Positions 8,909-18,469 of a stretch of 64,000 nucleotides of DNA are shown here, one piece after another. The translations under genes were made by a program, and so were the position numbers. Each line of letters opens with the position of its first letter. Within the stretch, counting starts at the first letter, position 1. The stretch is from assembly GCA_963753815.1 (NCBI GenBank), contig CAVWDU010000007.1, positions 109,167 through 173,166 on the forward strand, in the 5' to 3' direction. This stretch comes from an uncultured Gammaproteobacteria bacterium (GTDB lineage Bacteria; Pseudomonadota; Gammaproteobacteria; Pseudomonadales; Halieaceae). Under the pieces are notes generated by a model. The model was not told the origin of the DNA. It was given only the letters and a program-made list of their open reading frames with translations, and did no database searches.

Positions 8909-10321
8909 TCAGCCCGGCATGTCCTCCAGCTCGACACCCCGGGTTTCGTGGACGAACAGGAAAACGAAGACGGCCGACAGGGCGGCGGAAACCGCATACA
9001 ACCCGTAGGCGCCGACCAGGCCGATACTGGCCATCAGCACGGGAAAGGTCATGGTGATGCTGAAGTTAGCGCCCCACTGGCAAAGACCTGCCACGGCGAG
9101 CCCCGAACCGCGGAACTGATTAGGAAACATCTCTCCCAGCATCACCCACATGACCGGCCCCCAGGAAAAGTTGAAAAACACGACATAGAGGTTGGCTGCT
9201 ACGAGGGTGAGCATACCCATGCGATCATCGAGTTGCAGGCGGCCCGCGACCAGTTCACCTGAGGCGAAGCCCAGGACCATCAGTCCCAGGCAAACCGCCA
9301 TCCCCACCGAACCCAATGCCAGCAGAGGCTTGCGCCCGATGCGATCGATGGTCAGCAAAGTCACGGTACAGGCGCCGATACTGAGCGCGCCGCTGATCAC
9401 GTTGATGAGCAGGGCGTCGGACTCGGAAAATCCCACCGACTGCCACAGCACCGCACCGTAGTAGAACACGACATTGATGCCGACCAGCTGTTGAAAAACC
9501 GCCAGGCCGATCCCCACCCAGATGATGGGCCGCACCCTGCCACCGTCGAGCAAATCGCGGAAACGCGGCCGGTGATCAGCGGCGAGCGAGTTTTCAATCT
9601 CCGCCAGCTTTTTCTTTCCCAACGCCGCGCCATACAGCCGAGTCAGCGTCGCTTGCGCATCCGCCGGCCGCCGCGCCGCCACCTGGTAGCGCGGGCTTTC
9701 GGGTATGAACAGCAGCGCCAGCAGGAAAAAGCCGGCGGGTAGCATCTCCACCCAGAACATCCAGCGCCAGGCCTCGTAGCCAGCCGCGAGGATTTCGGTG
9801 GACGACCCGGCGAAGCCGGCAAGAAAGAAGTTGCACGAAAAAGAGGCCGTAAGGCCGCATATGATCGCCACCTGTTGCACCGTGACCAACCTGCCTCGGT
9901 ACTGCGCGGGAGCAATTTCGGCGATATAGGCCGGCGCCATCACACTCGCAGCGCCCACGGCGAGCCCGCCCACGATACGGTAGAACACGAATTCGGTAGA
10001 GCCGGCGGCTATCCCGGAGCCCCAGGCGCTCACCAGGAAGAGCGCCGCTGAAACCCGCAGCAGGGTGCGGCGGCCGAATCTGTCTGCCAGCCGGCCGGCA
10101 AAAAATGCGCCGACCGCGCACCCCAGCAGCATCGATGCGACGTTGAACCCCGTGCCGACACTGTCGGAATCGAAGGCGAGGCGCAGGCCGTCCACCGTGC
10201 CATTGATGACGCCGCTGTCGTAACCGAACAGGAAGCCGCCAATGGTGGCCACGCAACTCACCAGGATGACAAAGCCGAGATTCACCGCGCCATCAGCCTC
10301 CCTGTCAAAAGTCTTCGTCAC
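8909..10321 (-). CDS. MFS sugar porter (glucose/xylose/galactose:H+ symporter type)
   Basis: GRLADRFGRR, PESPRY and HETRGVELEDM sugar-porter signatures with 12 TM segments. I set the start at GTG 10321 (VTKTFDREADG), giving ~470 aa. The upstream ~400 codons of the 868-aa ORF are antisense to glk. The start is uncertain. Confidence 0.85.
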   Translation of the reverse strand: MTKTFDREADGAVNLGFVILVSCVATIGGFLFGYDSGVINGTVDGLRLAFDSDSVGTGFNVASMLLGCAVGAFFAGRLADRFGRRTLLRVSAALFLVSAWGSGIAAGSTEFVFYRIVGGLAVGAASVMAPAYIAEIAPAQYRGRLVTVQQVAIICGLTASFSCNFFLAGFAGSSTEILAAGYEAWRWMFWVEMLPAGFFLLALLFIPESPRYQVAARRPADAQATLTRLYGAALGKKKLAEIENSLAADHRPRFRDLLDGGRVRPIIWVGIGLAVFQQLVGINVVFYYGAVLWQSVGFSESDALLINVISGALSIGACTVTLLTIDRIGRKPLLALGSVGMAVCLGLMVLGFASGELVAGRLQLDDRMGMLTLVAANLYVVFFNFSWGPVMWVMLGEMFPNQFRGSGLAVAGLCQWGANFSITMTFPVLMASIGLVGAYGLYAVSAALSAVFVFLFVHETRGVELEDMPG

Positions 10322-10519
10322 GTCGGCGCCCGCCCTGTTTTCCAGTATCGCGTAAACCGAAGCATAAACCCTGCGGGGGGAAATTGCCGTTGCAGTCTGT
10401 AGCAGCGGGTCCATCTCAGGGTCGCAGCGGCAATAGAGCCCCTCGTGGACAGCGCAGGGCATCTTATTCACAATAACGGCTTCCGGTGAAGACCGCTGGC
10501 ACGCCAGGCTCCAACTACA

Positions 10520-11503
10520 GTGAAAGATTCGATCATCGTCGCCGACGTCGGCGGTACCAATGGCCGCTTCGGCATCGCGCGTTTCCGCGAACGAGAGGTC
10601 GAGCTCGAACAGACGGTCAAGTACAGCAACGCCGGGCTTGGTGGCTTCGCCGACCTGTTGGCGTTGTACCTGGAACAACTGGGTGACTCGGCCCCCCGCG
10701 TCGCCTGCTTTGCCGTCGCCGGCCCCAATGACGGACGCAGGGGAATGCTCACCAATCTCGGCTGGCAGCTTGATGCGAGCGCACTGGAGCAGCGCTTTGG
10801 CCTGGAGGAAGTCCTGTTCGTGAACGACTTCAAGGCGCTGGCACGTATGGCGACAGAATTGCCGGCAAGCGACACCGTGCTGGTAAAGGAAGGCGCCGGC
10901 GACACCCGCGCGCCGGTCTCGGTCATCGGGCCCGGCACCGGTCTCGGCGTTGCCCTGGTATTGCCAGGGAGAGACGGTCCGGAGACGGTCGGCACCGAGG
11001 GTGGGCATATGGCATTTGCGCCCGGCAACGCCCTTGAGGTCGCTCTCTGGCATCACCTCGCGCGCGACCACGACCACGTCTACACCGAGCTGCTGTTGTC
11101 CGGGAACGGCTTGTGCCGTATCAATGACTTCCTGGTCGCGGAAACCGGGGCCGGAAACGCGGGCCTGACCGCGCCGGAAATCACCGACGCCGCGCTGGCC
11201 GGCGAGGCGGAGGGTGTCCGGGCCGTGCATCTCTTCCTTGCCATTCTCGGCAGCGCCGCCGGCGATGTCGCCCTGTGTCACGGCGCCCTCGGTGGCGTGT
11301 ACCTCGGTGGCGGTATCGTCCGGCGGGTCATACCGCTGCTGGAGTCCAGCGACTTCTGCGACCGCTTTGCTGCCAAGGGTCGCATGCGCGATTACATGCG
11401 GGATATCCCGGTGCGATTGATCACGGCGGAGCGGGTCGCGCGGCGCGGGGCGGCCTACCTGTTTCGCCAGCACTGCGCCGCGGTTGACAGCTTTACCGAC
11501 TAG
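10520..11503 (+). CDS. glk: Glucokinase
   Basis: 327 aa with a GTG start. It has the ADVGGTNGRFG ATP-binding motif and overall Glk layout, and is divergent from the sugar porter. Confidence 0.85.
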   Translation: MKDSIIVADVGGTNGRFGIARFREREVELEQTVKYSNAGLGGFADLLALYLEQLGDSAPRVACFAVAGPNDGRRGMLTNLGWQLDASALEQRFGLEEVLFVNDFKALARMATELPASDTVLVKEGAGDTRAPVSVIGPGTGLGVALVLPGRDGPETVGTEGGHMAFAPGNALEVALWHHLARDHDHVYTELLLSGNGLCRINDFLVAETGAGNAGLTAPEITDAALAGEAEGVRAVHLFLAILGSAAGDVALCHGALGGVYLGGGIVRRVIPLLESSDFCDRFAAKGRMRDYMRDIPVRLITAERVARRGAAYLFRQHCAAVDSFTD

Positions 11504-12308
11504 CTCGGTTCGCACACCACGCTGTGACAGCCGCCAGATTGCGGCGACTCACGGGCACCGAATCGCCATTGCTGACCCGCAGCTGGCCCTGGCGACCGAC
11601 ACGCCGCAGGCCGGTCACATGCTGCCCGGCGACCCAATAGGCCCTGTGTGTCTGCATGCCCAGTTCCGACCCCAGTTCGGCGACGGCGTCGCGCAGGTTG
11701 TACAGGACCAGGGCTCGTCCGCGCACGGTAACGACCGCCAGGTAGTGTAACTCGGCCTCGAGATAAATGAGCTCTGACAGGTCCTGCAGGGGCACGTTAT
11801 CGAGAAACGGGGGCGTATGCCCCGGCACGGCAATGCCAGGCCCGGCAATGGATTCCGGCTTGGCCACACCATCGCGGCGCAGCCGCAGCCCCAGCAACCA
11901 GGGCGCATTAATCGCAAGCCAGCAGATAACCACGGGCGGAGCGACAGCGGCGAATTCCATGGCCACCTCGGCAGCGAAATCCGATGTGGGGGTTTCCTCC
12001 AACAGCCACAGGTCCAACCAGGTGGCAACGGGTGCGAACAGCAGCGAACCTAACAAGCCCAATACAGCCAACTGCAACCACTGCGACAGACGTTCGAAGG
12101 CGGTGAAGTGCGCGAGAGCGACATGGCTGCCGACCAGCAGCGCCATCGGGATCAGCGCCTGCAATTGCCACTGCAAAAAATGCAGCAACGTCGAATGACC
12201 CTCGACCGGTCCCTCTGCTATGAAGCCGAACAACAGCCCGACGGCGACCGCGATGAAACTGAAATAGCGCGCAGGAGTGACTTCTCCCAGCTCGAATTGC
12301 CCGTTCAT
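11493..12308 (-). CDS. Membrane-anchored LytTR-domain DNA-binding protein
   Basis: 271 aa counted from ATG 12308. The N-terminal half has 4-5 hydrophobic helices. The C-terminal LytTR domain reads IYLEAELHYLAVVTVRGRALVLYNLRDAVAEL...THRAYWV...VPVSRR. Confidence 0.75.
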   Translation of the reverse strand: MNGQFELGEVTPARYFSFIAVAVGLLFGFIAEGPVEGHSTLLHFLQWQLQALIPMALLVGSHVALAHFTAFERLSQWLQLAVLGLLGSLLFAPVATWLDLWLLEETPTSDFAAEVAMEFAAVAPPVVICWLAINAPWLLGLRLRRDGVAKPESIAGPGIAVPGHTPPFLDNVPLQDLSELIYLEAELHYLAVVTVRGRALVLYNLRDAVAELGSELGMQTHRAYWVAGQHVTGLRRVGRQGQLRVSNGDSVPVSRRNLAAVTAWCANRASR

Positions 12309-12421
12309 ACAAAAACCTGCCCGTTCGTGCAATTTAATGCAAATCAAAGGGTTAAAGGGCTGCCGAAGCCGTATTGTAAGCGAGGACCGGTTCGAGGTCT
12401 GCCAGTAGAGGAAACGATGAC

Positions 12422-13069
12422 ATGAAACACCTGGTAACAATCTTGACACTCGTCGCCGCCGGCTACCAAACCGCCCATGCCACCGAGCCCGGATGGTACT
12501 TGCGCGCCCACGGCGGTCTCAGCGAATTATCGGATGTCAGCGGCGATGCAACCGCTATCGATGACACCAGCGGAGGCGTAGACGTTTCGCTGGATACAGG
12601 GTTTACTGCCGGCCTCTCAGCCGGCAAGCGGCTCAATTCTCACTGGTCAGTGGAGTTGGCCTGGGAATACCGGAGCAATGACAGCGAGACGGAAATCGCC
12701 GACACGCTCAGCTTCGATGACGGCAATTATGCCGCCAACGCATTTTACTTTAATGGCCTGTACCACTTCTCTGCCTGGGGAGCCTGGGAGCCCTATATCG
12801 GGGCGGGAATCGGCTGGTTGCAGGAGATCGACATCGACCTGGAGGACAGCCGCGGCGAACAATCCTACTCTGGCGACGGCGATATCGGCTACCAGCTGTT
12901 CGCGGGCACCCACTACTACCTGTCCGACCGGTGGATGATCAACGCGGAACTCCGCTACAGCGCCTTCTCCGACCTCGATCTCGAAGCCGAGAGTCGCGGG
13001 GGCGGGAGCCTTTCCGGGCTCGACTACGAGCCGCTAACAGCGCAGATCGGTATCTTGTACCGTTTCTGA
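12422..13069 (+). CDS. Small outer-membrane beta-barrel protein (OmpA-like/OmpW-like porin family)
   Basis: Signal peptide MKHLVTILTLVAAGYQTAHA, alternating amphipathic strands rich in G/Y/S/D, and a C-terminal GILYRF ending in an aromatic residue. Confidence 0.75.
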   Translation: MKHLVTILTLVAAGYQTAHATEPGWYLRAHGGLSELSDVSGDATAIDDTSGGVDVSLDTGFTAGLSAGKRLNSHWSVELAWEYRSNDSETEIADTLSFDDGNYAANAFYFNGLYHFSAWGAWEPYIGAGIGWLQEIDIDLEDSRGEQSYSGDGDIGYQLFAGTHYYLSDRWMINAELRYSAFSDLDLEAESRGGGSLSGLDYEPLTAQIGILYRF

Positions 13070-13200
13070 TTATCCGCGCATAGACTTGCGTCCGCAGCTG
13101 GCGGCGTTTGCCCGGCCAGATGCAGCCACCGACTGCTGCGGCGAGCTGATAACGGGCACATGCGTGAGACGCCCCGGCCCGCAGACCGGGGTCGCGAGGG

Positions 13201-14247
13201 TCAGCGGGCGCCGGCCCGGGCTGCCGACGCTGATGGGCGCTGCTCACGAGATTTCAGGCCGCGCAGGTAGACATGGTCGAGGAAGACCACAGCCATCCAG
13301 GCGTAGACGGTGACGGCGACGAACAGCGACATACGCATCGCGAAAGCCTTGTAAACGTCCTTGCCGTTGGCGCTGTCGGCCACCGCCGGGCCGAGCAGGA
13401 TCAGCAGGGTGATCATCACGTTCTGCCAGAAAGACGGCGGATAGCGGCTGGGGGAGACACCATACAGCTTGGCGGCGATGTACAGCCCGAACGCCCACAT
13501 CCACAGGAAAAACATCCACAGGCTGGGCGCGATCTTCAGGCCGAACCAGAACAGTATGGCCAGCAGCCCCGCCACGAAGGTCGACCCCAGCAGCTCGCGA
13601 CCCGCTCCCCGAGCGTCCAGCGATGACGCCTGCTGTCCGAGCGCCACGGTCTTCATGACGGTCGCCAGGTAAGCTGCCGGATTGCTGAGGGCGAGCAGGA
13701 ATCCGGGATAAACGATCAGGGTGGCGCGCAGCGCCAGCCAGCGCGACGGAGCAGCGGGTGCCGGCGCCGGTTCGTCGGCGATCTCGTCTTCAGGGAACAG
13801 CGGATAAACAATCCACTGGCAGATGACCGCCAGCACCACCCCTGTGACCATGCCGGCCACCAGCGCTGTGGCCAGGGTCTGGGATACCACGCCCGCTGTC
13901 GAAATAAGCGCTACGCCCACAGTCAAGAGCGTGCCCACCAGCCCCTTGCCGAGAATCAGGGTCACGTAGTTGCAAACGAACAGCGCGGCAAGCACCAGCA
14001 ACAATCCCGCCACCGTGTAGTGGGTCAATAGCGGGGTTAACAGCAACCCCAGCCCGAGCGTCACGGCCACCGCAAGCGCCAGGCCAAGCGTTCCACGCAG
14101 GCCCAGCGGCGGCTTGGGTGGCGCCGTCAGCAAAAAAGCGAACATGGGTGCGAGAAACGGCAGGCTCAGGCCCAGACCGTAAGCCGCAGCCAGGGACAGC
14201 GCGACAGTGAGACTGAGACGAAAGACCCGGCGGGCGGCGATGGGCAT
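13201..14247 (-). CDS. Polytopic inner-membrane protein, DUF2955/FUSC-like putative efflux component
   Basis: ~348 aa and highly hydrophobic (RRVFRLSLTVALSLAAAYGLGLSLPFLAPMF...). It lies immediately downstream of the HlyD gene. ATG 14247 was chosen; GTG 14256 or 14250 are also possible. The family call is from memory of this operon type. Confidence 0.55.
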   Translation of the reverse strand: MPIAARRVFRLSLTVALSLAAAYGLGLSLPFLAPMFAFLLTAPPKPPLGLRGTLGLALAVAVTLGLGLLLTPLLTHYTVAGLLLVLAALFVCNYVTLILGKGLVGTLLTVGVALISTAGVVSQTLATALVAGMVTGVVLAVICQWIVYPLFPEDEIADEPAPAPAAPSRWLALRATLIVYPGFLLALSNPAAYLATVMKTVALGQQASSLDARGAGRELLGSTFVAGLLAILFWFGLKIAPSLWMFFLWMWAFGLYIAAKLYGVSPSRYPPSFWQNVMITLLILLGPAVADSANGKDVYKAFAMRMSLFVAVTVYAWMAVVFLDHVYLRGLKSREQRPSASAARAGAR

Positions 14248-14256
14248 CACGCGCAC

Positions 14257-15396
14257 TCAGTAGGCATAGGAGAGGTAGCTCATCAGGCGGATGTGCAGCT
14301 TACCCAGCCAGCCCATCAGCCACGCTCCCTCGGAATACGCGACGACGGACACCTGGCCGCCCACCCGCAACTGGGCCTGCAACTCGGGGTGCGCCTGCGC
14401 ATCAAAGCGAAGGTTCACGGGAAAACGCTGGGACTGGCGCAGCCAGTCGCGACTGTTTTCGATACTGGGCAGGGTTCCGGGCGGTGGCACCTGCCCCGCG
14501 TTGACCCCCAGGCCGATGCTGCTGATTTCTCCCGGGTAGACCCGGCCCGGCAGCGCGTCGAACAGCATCTCGACCGGCGTGCCCCGCTCGAGCCTGCCCA
14601 GGTTGTTCTCGGTGAATTCGGCCCTCACCCAGACGTCGCTGAGCGCCACCAGTGTGAGTACGGGTGCGCCGGCAGCGGCATAGACACCGACGTCGGCACG
14701 CAGATCGGTGATGACGCCGCTCGACGAGGCCGTTACCACCGTCCGTTCCAGGTCGAGTTGCGCCTGCTCGACCGCCGCCTCCGCGACCTTGAGTTGCGTA
14801 TTGTCCTCACCATCGCCGCCCTTCTGTTCGATCGCCTGTTGAATCGCCGAGCGCGCCGACGCAACGCCCGCCCGGGCCTGGTCGAGGCTGGCCCGGGACA
14901 CCTCCAGTCGGCGGGTGGAAATCGTGCCGGGATCCTCCTCCCGGAGGCGTTCCAGTCTGCGCGTATCCTGTTCAGCCTTGACGAGATTGGCCTCGGCAGA
15001 CTGCAGATTGGCCCGTGCCGCCGCCACGGCGGCATTACCCGCTCCGACCTGGCGGCGGGTATTCTCGAGGTCCGATCGTGCTTTTGCGAGCGCGAGCTGA
15101 TACTGGGCGGCATCGAGCCGGAATAACTGTTCGCCGGCCTCTACACGCTGGTTATTTGCAACCCGAACTTCCTGCACGACACCAGACACCTGGGGCGCGA
15201 CCCCCACGACATAGGCCTGGATGCGCGCCTGATCGGTATACGGCGCCAGTCGATCCGACAACAGGTACCAGATAAGGCTGAGGGCGATCAAGCCGGCGAC
15301 ATAAAGACTGCCTCGCCTGACTGCAGCCGAGCCTTGATCCGGCTCGCCTGCCTCTGGTTCGATGACCTCAGTTTCACTGCTGCTTTCCGTCGTCAT
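14257..15396 (-). CDS. HlyD/EmrA-family membrane fusion protein
   Basis: 379 aa counted from ATG 15396. It has one N-terminal TM helix, a long coiled-coil (QYQLALAKARSDLENTRRQV...) and lipoyl/beta-barrel segments. It starts 8 nt after the upstream OMF gene. Confidence 0.85.
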   Translation of the reverse strand: MTTESSSETEVIEPEAGEPDQGSAAVRRGSLYVAGLIALSLIWYLLSDRLAPYTDQARIQAYVVGVAPQVSGVVQEVRVANNQRVEAGEQLFRLDAAQYQLALAKARSDLENTRRQVGAGNAAVAAARANLQSAEANLVKAEQDTRRLERLREEDPGTISTRRLEVSRASLDQARAGVASARSAIQQAIEQKGGDGEDNTQLKVAEAAVEQAQLDLERTVVTASSSGVITDLRADVGVYAAAGAPVLTLVALSDVWVRAEFTENNLGRLERGTPVEMLFDALPGRVYPGEISSIGLGVNAGQVPPPGTLPSIENSRDWLRQSQRFPVNLRFDAQAHPELQAQLRVGGQVSVVAYSEGAWLMGWLGKLHIRLMSYLSYAY

Positions 15397-15404
15397 AACG
15401 GCCC

Positions 15405-16937
15405 CTAGCGTTTTGTCCCGGTCGGAATGGGAGCGCCGAGCAGGTCGTCCCAATCGGTGCGTTCCTGCATGGTCTCGCGAACGTCCGCGGGGAGATAGTC
15501 CTCCGCCGTCGCCGGTCGCCAGCCGCCCCCCAGCGCCTGGTAAAACGCCACCACCGCGGCGAGGTGGGCGCCCTTGTTGGCAACGTAGTTGGCTGACTGG
15601 ACCGCCAGCGAGCGCTGGGCATCCAGCACCCTGATGAAGCTGGAATAACCTTCCCGGTAGCGAGACGTAGACAGGGTCAATGAACGCTCGGCCGCGGCCA
15701 GCGCTTCCGCCAGGATCGCATCCTGCTCACGGGTTTTCACCACACTGATCGCCGCATCGTCGATTTCCCGCGCCGCCTGCAGCACGGTGTTCTGGTAACG
15801 CTCGATCGACTGCTGCAACAGTGCGTCCTGGACCCTCACGTTGTTTTCCAGCCGCCCGTAATTAAACAGGTTCCAGGTAAACCCGGGGCCGACGGCGGTG
15901 CCTGCCGCATCGGCGCTGCCGTCGAGTGAATTACCCAACCAACCCACGGTGCCGAACAGCGACACCGCAGGGTACAGGTCGGCTCGTGCGATCCCGATCT
16001 GGGCCGACTGGGCCGCCACCTGCAATGCCGCGGAGCGAACATCTGGTCGACGCAACACCAGTCGCGCCGGGAGAGCCTCCAGGGAAATGGGGTTGGCGGT
16101 CGGCAGGTCCGGTGTCTTAGCCGCCAGTTCCGGCAGGTCGCCAGGAGCCCTGCCCAGTAATGCGCTCAGTGCGTTGGCGACCTGCTGCAGGCCGAGTTCC
16201 AGTTGCGGGATGGTGGCGGATGTAGCGAGGTACTGGGTTTTCGCCTGCTGCAGGTCCAGTTCAGCCTGCTGCCCGCTGGCGTACAGGCTGCGAGTGATCT
16301 CCAGGCTTCGACGTTGCAATGCGGCATTTTCGCGGGCGATCTCTATCTGCTCCGCGGTCGTGCAATAGAGGAAATAGGTGCGCGCCACCGCGGCGCTCAA
16401 CAACACCTGGGCATTCTGCTGGTCCGCCACCGAGGCCAGGAAGCCCGCGTCCGCCGATTCGATACCGCGCTGGTAACGCCCCCAGAAATCGATCTCCCAG
16501 CCGACGTCGAAACCGACACCGTAATCGTTGAAGCCGGAGCGATTGCCGGACTCGCTGCCCTCGACAGGCCAGGTATCCACCCGGGAATACGACCCGCTCG
16601 ACTGCTGCAGCTGGGGGTAACGGGAACCCGACGCGATGCCGAGCAGCGCACGGTTACGCGCGATAGCGAGACCCGCGATGCGCAGCGAGGGGTTTTCCCG
16701 TCGCGCCTCGGCGATCAGATCATTGAGGACCGGGTCACTGAAGGCCCGCCACCAGAACGCCAGGTCATCCGGCGTCGTCGCGCTGGCATCGGCCGAGCCG
16801 GCCTGACCGTAAAGGGTAGTCTCCCAGTCAGCTATCCAGGTGACTTCCGGTTCGACGTAATCCGGCCCCAATGTGGTACACGCGCAGAGCACCAGCACCA
16901 TCGTGTAGAGGAAATAGCGCGCAGGCAGTGATGTCAT
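15405..16937 (-). CDS. NodT-family efflux outer-membrane lipoprotein
   Basis: 510 aa counted from ATG 16937. Lipoprotein signal MTSLPARYFLYTMVLVLCAC-TTLGPDY, followed by duplicated OEP/TolC-like repeats. Confidence 0.85.
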   Translation of the reverse strand: MTSLPARYFLYTMVLVLCACTTLGPDYVEPEVTWIADWETTLYGQAGSADASATTPDDLAFWWRAFSDPVLNDLIAEARRENPSLRIAGLAIARNRALLGIASGSRYPQLQQSSGSYSRVDTWPVEGSESGNRSGFNDYGVGFDVGWEIDFWGRYQRGIESADAGFLASVADQQNAQVLLSAAVARTYFLYCTTAEQIEIARENAALQRRSLEITRSLYASGQQAELDLQQAKTQYLATSATIPQLELGLQQVANALSALLGRAPGDLPELAAKTPDLPTANPISLEALPARLVLRRPDVRSAALQVAAQSAQIGIARADLYPAVSLFGTVGWLGNSLDGSADAAGTAVGPGFTWNLFNYGRLENNVRVQDALLQQSIERYQNTVLQAAREIDDAAISVVKTREQDAILAEALAAAERSLTLSTSRYREGYSSFIRVLDAQRSLAVQSANYVANKGAHLAAVVAFYQALGGGWRPATAEDYLPADVRETMQERTDWDDLLGAPIPTGTKR

Positions 16938-17078
16938 CGTTTCATGCTGCTCGAGGGCCTGTTGTTTGCTGACCGCTGATGGCTGACCTCCCACCGTCGG
17001 GCGCCGGGCCCTGCGGGCGCAGTATCCCCCGCAAGCCGGCGTCACCGGGACAGCTGACGCGACCTTAGCGGGTTTTGT

Positions 17079-17120
17079 GGCGCGCGGCCAGCGGCGCGCG
17101 GCTAGCGGCGCGCGGCCAGC
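17079..17120. repeat. Tandem repeat, 3 x 14 bp (GGCGCGCGGCCAGC / GGCGCGCGGCTAGC / GGCGCGCGGCCAGC)
   Basis: Read directly from the sequence. It lies in the 290-bp divergent intergenic region between the efflux operon and the acnX-like gene. Confidence 0.9.
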
Positions 17121-17227
17121 GCAGACAACGCTTGACCGACCCGGCGTTTGTTGCCATCGTCCACCACTGAGGTCGCCGTGGCTACGTCCTCGTGCGACCA
17201 TAAGCCGCGGCAGCCGGGAGCCCATCC

Positions 17228-18469
17228 GTGCACCTCGACGAAATTGACCACGACCTGCTGGCAGGCCACTACGGCCCCGCGCCCGCCACCGCCATGGCGT
17301 TGCTGGTCAGGTACGGCCGTGCGCTGGGCGCGCGGCGGTTCATTTCCGTCACCCGCGCCCACATAGACGGTTGCATGTATCACGGCGAATCCGGCATCGA
17401 TTTCGCCCGACGCTTCGTCGACCTTGGAGGACAGGTACGCATACCCACGACCCTCAACGCCGCGGCGGTGGACTGCCTGCATCCCGAGCTGCACCGCGGC
17501 GAACCCACCCTTCCCGAACGTCAGCAGATTCTGACAGCCCTGTACACAAGCCTGGGCTGCGAGCCGACTCTCACCTGTGCGCCCTATCAGCGCAGCTCCC
17601 GTCCCGCTCCGGGGGAGCAGATTGCCTGGGCAGAATCCAATGCCATCGTGTTCGCCAACTCGGTGCTGGGAGCACGCACGGACCGCTACGGGGATTTCAC
17701 CGATCTCTGCGCGGCGCTCACCGGCCGGGTGCCTCTGGCGGGCTTGCACCTGGAGGAAAATCGATGGGCGAGCGTGGAGGTCGCGGTACCGGCGCTCGAA
17801 GAGACCGCGCTATCGAGAGATCTCTACTTCGGCTGCATCGGCTACCTGCTGGGAGAATCCTGCGGCACCCGGGTTCCCGCGATGACGGGCCTGCCCACGG
17901 ACACCACGGAAGACGAGTTGAAACTGCTCGGGGCTGCCGCCGCGTCTTCCGGGTCGCTGGCGCTGTTCCACGCGGTGGGTGTCACGCCAGAGGCTGACTC
18001 TCTCGCGCAGGCATCGGGGGGACAGCCGCTGCAAAAGAAGACGCTGACGCCGGACGACCTGCGCTCAGCGCTGCGGACGCTCTGCCCGGTTAAGGCTGGT
18101 GAGCCAGTGGCGGCTGTCTGCCTCGGATCTCCGCATTTTTCACTGGCGGAATTCGAGGCCCTGGCGGCTGCCGTGCGCAACCGGCGGCGGCGCGCAAACG
18201 TGGAATTCTATGTATCGACCTCCCGCGAGATTGCGGCTCTGGTCGAGCGCGACCTGCGTTTCGAGCCGCTCAACGCCTTCGGCGTCACCCTCGTTGTGGA
18301 TACCTGTACCTACCTGGCGCCGGTCGTGACACAAGCAGATGGCGTTATCCTGACCAATTCCGCCAAGTGGGCACACTACGGGCCGGCACACCTGTCGCGG
18401 CGCGTGGGCCTTGCCTCGCTCGCGCACTGTGTCAGCTGCGCGGAGGAAGGCGAGGTCACCCCGCAATGA
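17228..18469 (+). CDS. Aconitase X catalytic subunit (DUF521)
   Basis: 413 aa with a GTG start. HLDEIDHDLLAGHYGPAPATAMALLVRYGRALGARRFISVTRAHIDGC resembles the AcnX large-subunit N-terminus. Its stop overlaps the next gene's start (ATGA). Confidence 0.8.
   Translation: MHLDEIDHDLLAGHYGPAPATAMALLVRYGRALGARRFISVTRAHIDGCMYHGESGIDFARRFVDLGGQVRIPTTLNAAAVDCLHPELHRGEPTLPERQQILTALYTSLGCEPTLTCAPYQRSSRPAPGEQIAWAESNAIVFANSVLGARTDRYGDFTDLCAALTGRVPLAGLHLEENRWASVEVAVPALEETALSRDLYFGCIGYLLGESCGTRVPAMTGLPTDTTEDELKLLGAAAASSGSLALFHAVGVTPEADSLAQASGGQPLQKKTLTPDDLRSALRTLCPVKAGEPVAAVCLGSPHFSLAEFEALAAAVRNRRRRANVEFYVSTSREIAALVERDLRFEPLNAFGVTLVVDTCTYLAPVVTQADGVILTNSAKWAHYGPAHLSRRVGLASLAHCVSCAEEGEVTPQ

Noticed and set aside
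10497-10512. TGGCAC... sequence upstream of glk, resembling a sigma-54 -24 element
   Set aside because: No GC dinucleotide at the required 10-nt spacing and no TTGC -12 element, so it is probably chance.
10322-11515. N-terminal ~400 codons of the 868-aa ORF that contains the sugar porter
   Set aside because: It is antisense to glk and is not homologous to transporters. Sugar-porter homology starts near 10321.
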